Below are positions 61,201-64,000 of a stretch of DNA of 64,000 bases, piece after piece. Position 1 is the stretch's first letter; every line of letters starts with the position of its first letter. A model generated the notes under the pieces. The model was not told the DNA's origin. It made no database searches and saw only the letters and a list, made by a program, of their open reading frames with translations. The position numbers were made by a program, and so were the translations under genes. The stretch comes from Macrostomum lignano (taxonomy: Eukaryota). The DNA lies in the NCBI GenBank assembly GCA_002269645.1, contig NIVC01000109.1, positions 372,001-436,000 on the forward strand, given 5' to 3'.

Positions 61201-62782
61201 GGTAGCCTACTAAAGGATCGGGGTAGCCTACTAAAGGATCGGGGTAGCCTACTAAAGGTCTACGGAAAGATCAGTGAGCATTGGAAGTCTGACCCGATTC
61301 CCCTCGTCGCCACTGCACCGCAGGCGCGGACATGCCCGTCGTAATCACGGTGCTGAACTCCTACTCTGGCTGGGCCCTGTGCGCCGAAGGCTTCATGCTG
61401 GACAACAACCTGATGACCGTGGTTGGCGCCCTCATCGGGTCCAGCGGTGCCATCCTGTCCTACATCATGTGCAAAGCTATGAACCGCAGCCTGCCCAATG
61501 TCATCTTCGGCGGCTACGGCACTAGCTCTTATGCCGGCGGCAAAGCTATGGAGATCACCGGTACTCATACTGAGGTGAGGCGATTCTTGTCTTGTCACAG
61601 AGTTCTTTGACCTCGAATGACCCGCTTTGATCTCAAATTACCCACTTTGACCTTAAATCACCCATTTTGACCTTAAATGACCCCTTTGACTTCAAAGAGC
61701 CCAGTGGCTTAAGATGACATACTTTGACCTCAAATGACCCACTTTGACCTCTGATAAGCCATTTTGACCTTAAATCTAGTTTGAACTCAAATGATCTATT
61801 TGACTTCAAAGAACCCAGTGTGGCTTTAAATGACATACTTTGACCTCAAATGACCCACATTGACCCCAAATGACCCAATTTGACCTCAAAAAACCAACCT
61901 TGACCTTTTGACTCAATTTCATCTCAAATAGCCAATCTTGACTTGAGCCTCAAAGTTACTTGTTACTTGGTAACAAAGTACGACTATGCTGGTATAATCG
62001 ATCTTTTGTAACCCGAATGACCCTAAATGACCCTTATTATATTATCGCCGGTTGTCATCAGGTTAACGTCGACCAAGTGGCCGACTGGGCGGTGAACGCT
62101 CGCAACGTGATCATCACTCCCGGCTACGGCCTGTGCGTGGCCAAGGCCCAGTACCCCCTGGCCGAGCTGGTCACCCTGCTGCGCAAGAAAGGCGTCAACG
62201 TTCGCTTTGGAATCCACCCGGTGGCCGGCCGCATGCCCGGACAGCTCAACGTGCTGCTGGCCGAGGCCGGCGTCCCCTACGACATTGTGCTGGAGATGGA
62301 CGAGATCAATCACGACTTCCCGGAGACAGACCTGGTACTGGTCATCGGCGCCAACGACACGGTGAACTCAGCCGCTGAGGAGGATCCCAACAGCATCATT
62401 GCGGGTGAGCCCTGACTGTCAGTGCATTAATTTGCACTTCGTGGCACTCGCAAGTGTACAGTGTAGGAATGTAAAATATGTACACTGTAGGATATACAAT
62501 TTTGTGTACAGCGTAGGAACGTAAAAAGTGTTGGCGACCATAAGTCAGTACAATGCCTAACCTGCACCCCCATTAACCCGCCACCCACACTCAGGCATGC
62601 CGGTGCTTCGCGTGTGGAACTCCAAGCAGGTGGTGGTCGTCAAGCGCACCCTTGGCGTTGGCTACGCCGCCGTGGACAACCCGATTTTCTTCAAGGAGAA
62701 CACCGGCATGCTGCTCGGCGACGCCAAGAAGATGTGCGACGGCCTGCTGTCCAAGGTCAAGGAGTACTATGGCGACAACTGA
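46287..62782 (+). CDS. NNT: Mitochondrial NAD(P) transhydrogenase, 1073 aa. Exons 46287-46517, 48588-48927, 49393-49589, 50290-50643, 51240-51566, 52712-53153, 53711-54259, 61324-61574, 62062-62404, 62595-62782
   Basis: [113 protein letters not shown]; fused single-chain eukaryotic domain order; phases consistent. Confidence 0.97.
46655..46846 (-). mobile_element. 5'-truncated SINE fragment with a CORE-like central domain
   Basis: Minus strand reads tgtgtccttgagcaagacacttaac...ttcacccagctgaaaaatgggtgccc, resembling the CORE consensus from memory, and ends in an (att)n-like tail. Confidence 0.5.
46905..48460. repeat. 25-bp minisatellite (aagaaccggccttcaaaactccatt)
   Basis: Tandem units, NNT intron 1. 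Confidence 0.92.
48955..49370. repeat. About 23-bp minisatellite (gagaatcgcccccaattctacct)
   Basis: Tandem units, intron 2; related to the array at 62872. Confidence 0.88.
49665..50255. repeat. 21-bp minisatellite (gatttgtacagtttgaatggg)
   Basis: Tandem units, intron 3. Confidence 0.9.
50660..51060. repeat. 21-bp minisatellite (ctcagaatcctaatccctgtg)
   Basis: Tandem units, intron 4. Confidence 0.9.
51598..52590. repeat. 18/19-bp minisatellite (ccctgaagttatcagtgt / cctctgaagtttttagtgt)
   Basis: Tandem units, intron 5. Confidence 0.92.
53175..53645. repeat. Degenerate repeat (gattgacaggtagggaatggtt)
   Basis: Degenerate tandem units, intron 6. Confidence 0.75.
54990..56205. repeat. Near-perfect 69-bp tandem array (about 17.5 copies) inside the CMC element
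   Basis: ttttctccgcaaatgaagaaccgaattttaacgattttcaacgcctttgtcccatcgattaatgtccgc repeated without spacers; internal copies look identical. Confidence 0.95.
58195..58625. repeat. 60-bp coding-type tandem repeat ([18 protein letters not shown]...) at the 5' end of the CMC transposase
   Basis: About 7 copies with two alternating variants (gtcaga/gtcgga). Confidence 0.85.
59820..61258. repeat. 21-22-bp minisatellite (gtagcctactgaaggatcggg) starting at the mariner TIR
   Basis: Tandem units, NNT intron 7. Confidence 0.93.
61615..61900. repeat. Degenerate repeat (tttgaccttaaatgaccc)
   Basis: Degenerate tandem units, intron 8. Confidence 0.7.
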
Positions 62783-62871
62783 GCTCTTGGACTGCGCTTT
62801 GGGGTGGGATACCGTCTGACCTGTGCTGCCGTTTGTTGGGGACTTCGGTTTCGGATTTTATCGGTTGCCAC

Positions 62872-63292
62872 CCTGAGAATCGCCCTAAATCTCACCCTGA
62901 GAATCGCCCATATTCCAGTCTGAGAATCGCCCCAAATCTCTTACCCTGACAATCGCCCCGAATCCAACCTGAGAATCGCCCTAATCTCACCCTGAGAATC
63001 GCCCCGAATCCAATCTGAGAATCGCCCCAATTTCACTCTGAGAATCGCCTCAAATCTCACCCTGAGAATCGCCCCGAATCCAACCTGAGAATCGCCCCAA
63101 TTTCACTCTGAGAATCGCCTCAAATCTCACCCTGAGAATCGCCTTAAAACTCACCCTGACAATCGCTCTGAATCTCACCCTGACAATCGCCCTAAATCTC
63201 ACCCTGACAATCGCCCTAAATCTCACCCTGACAATCGCCCTAAATCTCACCCTGAGAATCGCTCCAAATCTCACCCTGAGAATCGCTCTAAA
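62872..63292. repeat. 24-bp minisatellite (ctgagaatcgccctaaatctcacc) 3' of NNT
   Basis: Tandem units; same family as 48955-49370. Confidence 0.88.
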
Positions 63293-64000
63293 ATCCACAC
63301 AGCTGTGGCTGAACTTTGCCCCTATTCGCTGCCAGACGTTCTCTATCAACAGGGTCTAGAATTGATTGGCACCTGAAGTTCTGAAAACTGTTTTTTGTTG
63401 TATGATAAGCCGGTTAAATTGTAACACGTGTTCAAGGTGCCGCTAGTTTAGTAGACACTTAGATAGGCTCATTTTCTATGGTTCTAATATTCTCATATCT
63501 GGGTCTCTGAACTCTGTCCCTTCCCCTGTTTGTTTATGATAAACCCAGTAAAATCGTGCTGTCTGTCAGATCATACTATATTTATTAATAATTAGTATTG
63601 TTCAAGTGTGTGTTTCACTTGCTTTAGCTTATTTTTAGATTTTTTTTATAGTTAGGCGTGTTCGAATTTGCCCAAAATATCAAGATAGCAAATTTATTAA
63701 TTCAATGTGCTTTTGTATCTCAGAATCAAGCACTCAAAAAAACCATTGATTCGTTCGGCTGTTAAACAAAAATTTAAATTATGAAGCAAAAATTTTCTCT
63801 GGTTTTTTCACGCTACTGTAAGTAGCTTTCAAATTCTACGTCTGCGTATAGAAAAATAGTGTACGTGTTTCTATTTATCCAAGTGATGAAATAAACTTGG
63901 CTTGGCCTTATTAACTCTCTAATTTCTCTGCTTCCTGCTCTAACTATCAGATAGACACTTCAGTTCAATTACACTAATCCCTGTCATTGCTGGGCTCTCA

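Noticed and set aside
46287-62782. Bacterial pntAB or lipB acquired by horizontal transfer
   Set aside because: The genes are spliced, NNT is a fused single chain with a presequence-like N-terminus, and the architecture is standard for animals.

Overview
Eukaryotic (animal) genomic DNA: GC-rich coding exons separated by AT-rich introns, most of the larger ones carrying their own minisatellite. This style resembles the flatworm Macrostomum lignano (my inference, not verified). From left to right: (1) part of a DIRS-type tyrosine-recombinase retroelement; (2) three tandem minus-strand Rel/NF-kB-like genes (about 2.8-16.7 kb), each a minimal Rel-homology + IPT protein ending in a basic NLS-like tail, with no ankyrin repeats or transactivation tail; (3) three genes and one relic of a family I do not recognise, with a long Gly/Ala hydrophobic segment and a conserved GPxGW...FDCWKP domain (17.7-21 kb); (4) four consecutive nuclear genes for mitochondrial proteins: MRPL39 and LIPT2 (minus), an SLC25A12/13 aralar-type carrier and NNT (plus); (5) NNT intron 7 holds a decayed mariner with a CMC/EnSpm-like transposon nested in it. 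There is also a tRNA-derived SINE with a target-site duplication and a CORE-like SINE fragment. Exon boundaries were read by hand from GT/AG sites and checked for reading-frame phase. The strongest candidate for an undescribed system is the divergent Rel cluster (Cys-to-Ser, one copy lacking base-contact residues, exon-restricted homogenisation, nearby kB sites) next to the unknown Gly/Ala-zipper family.
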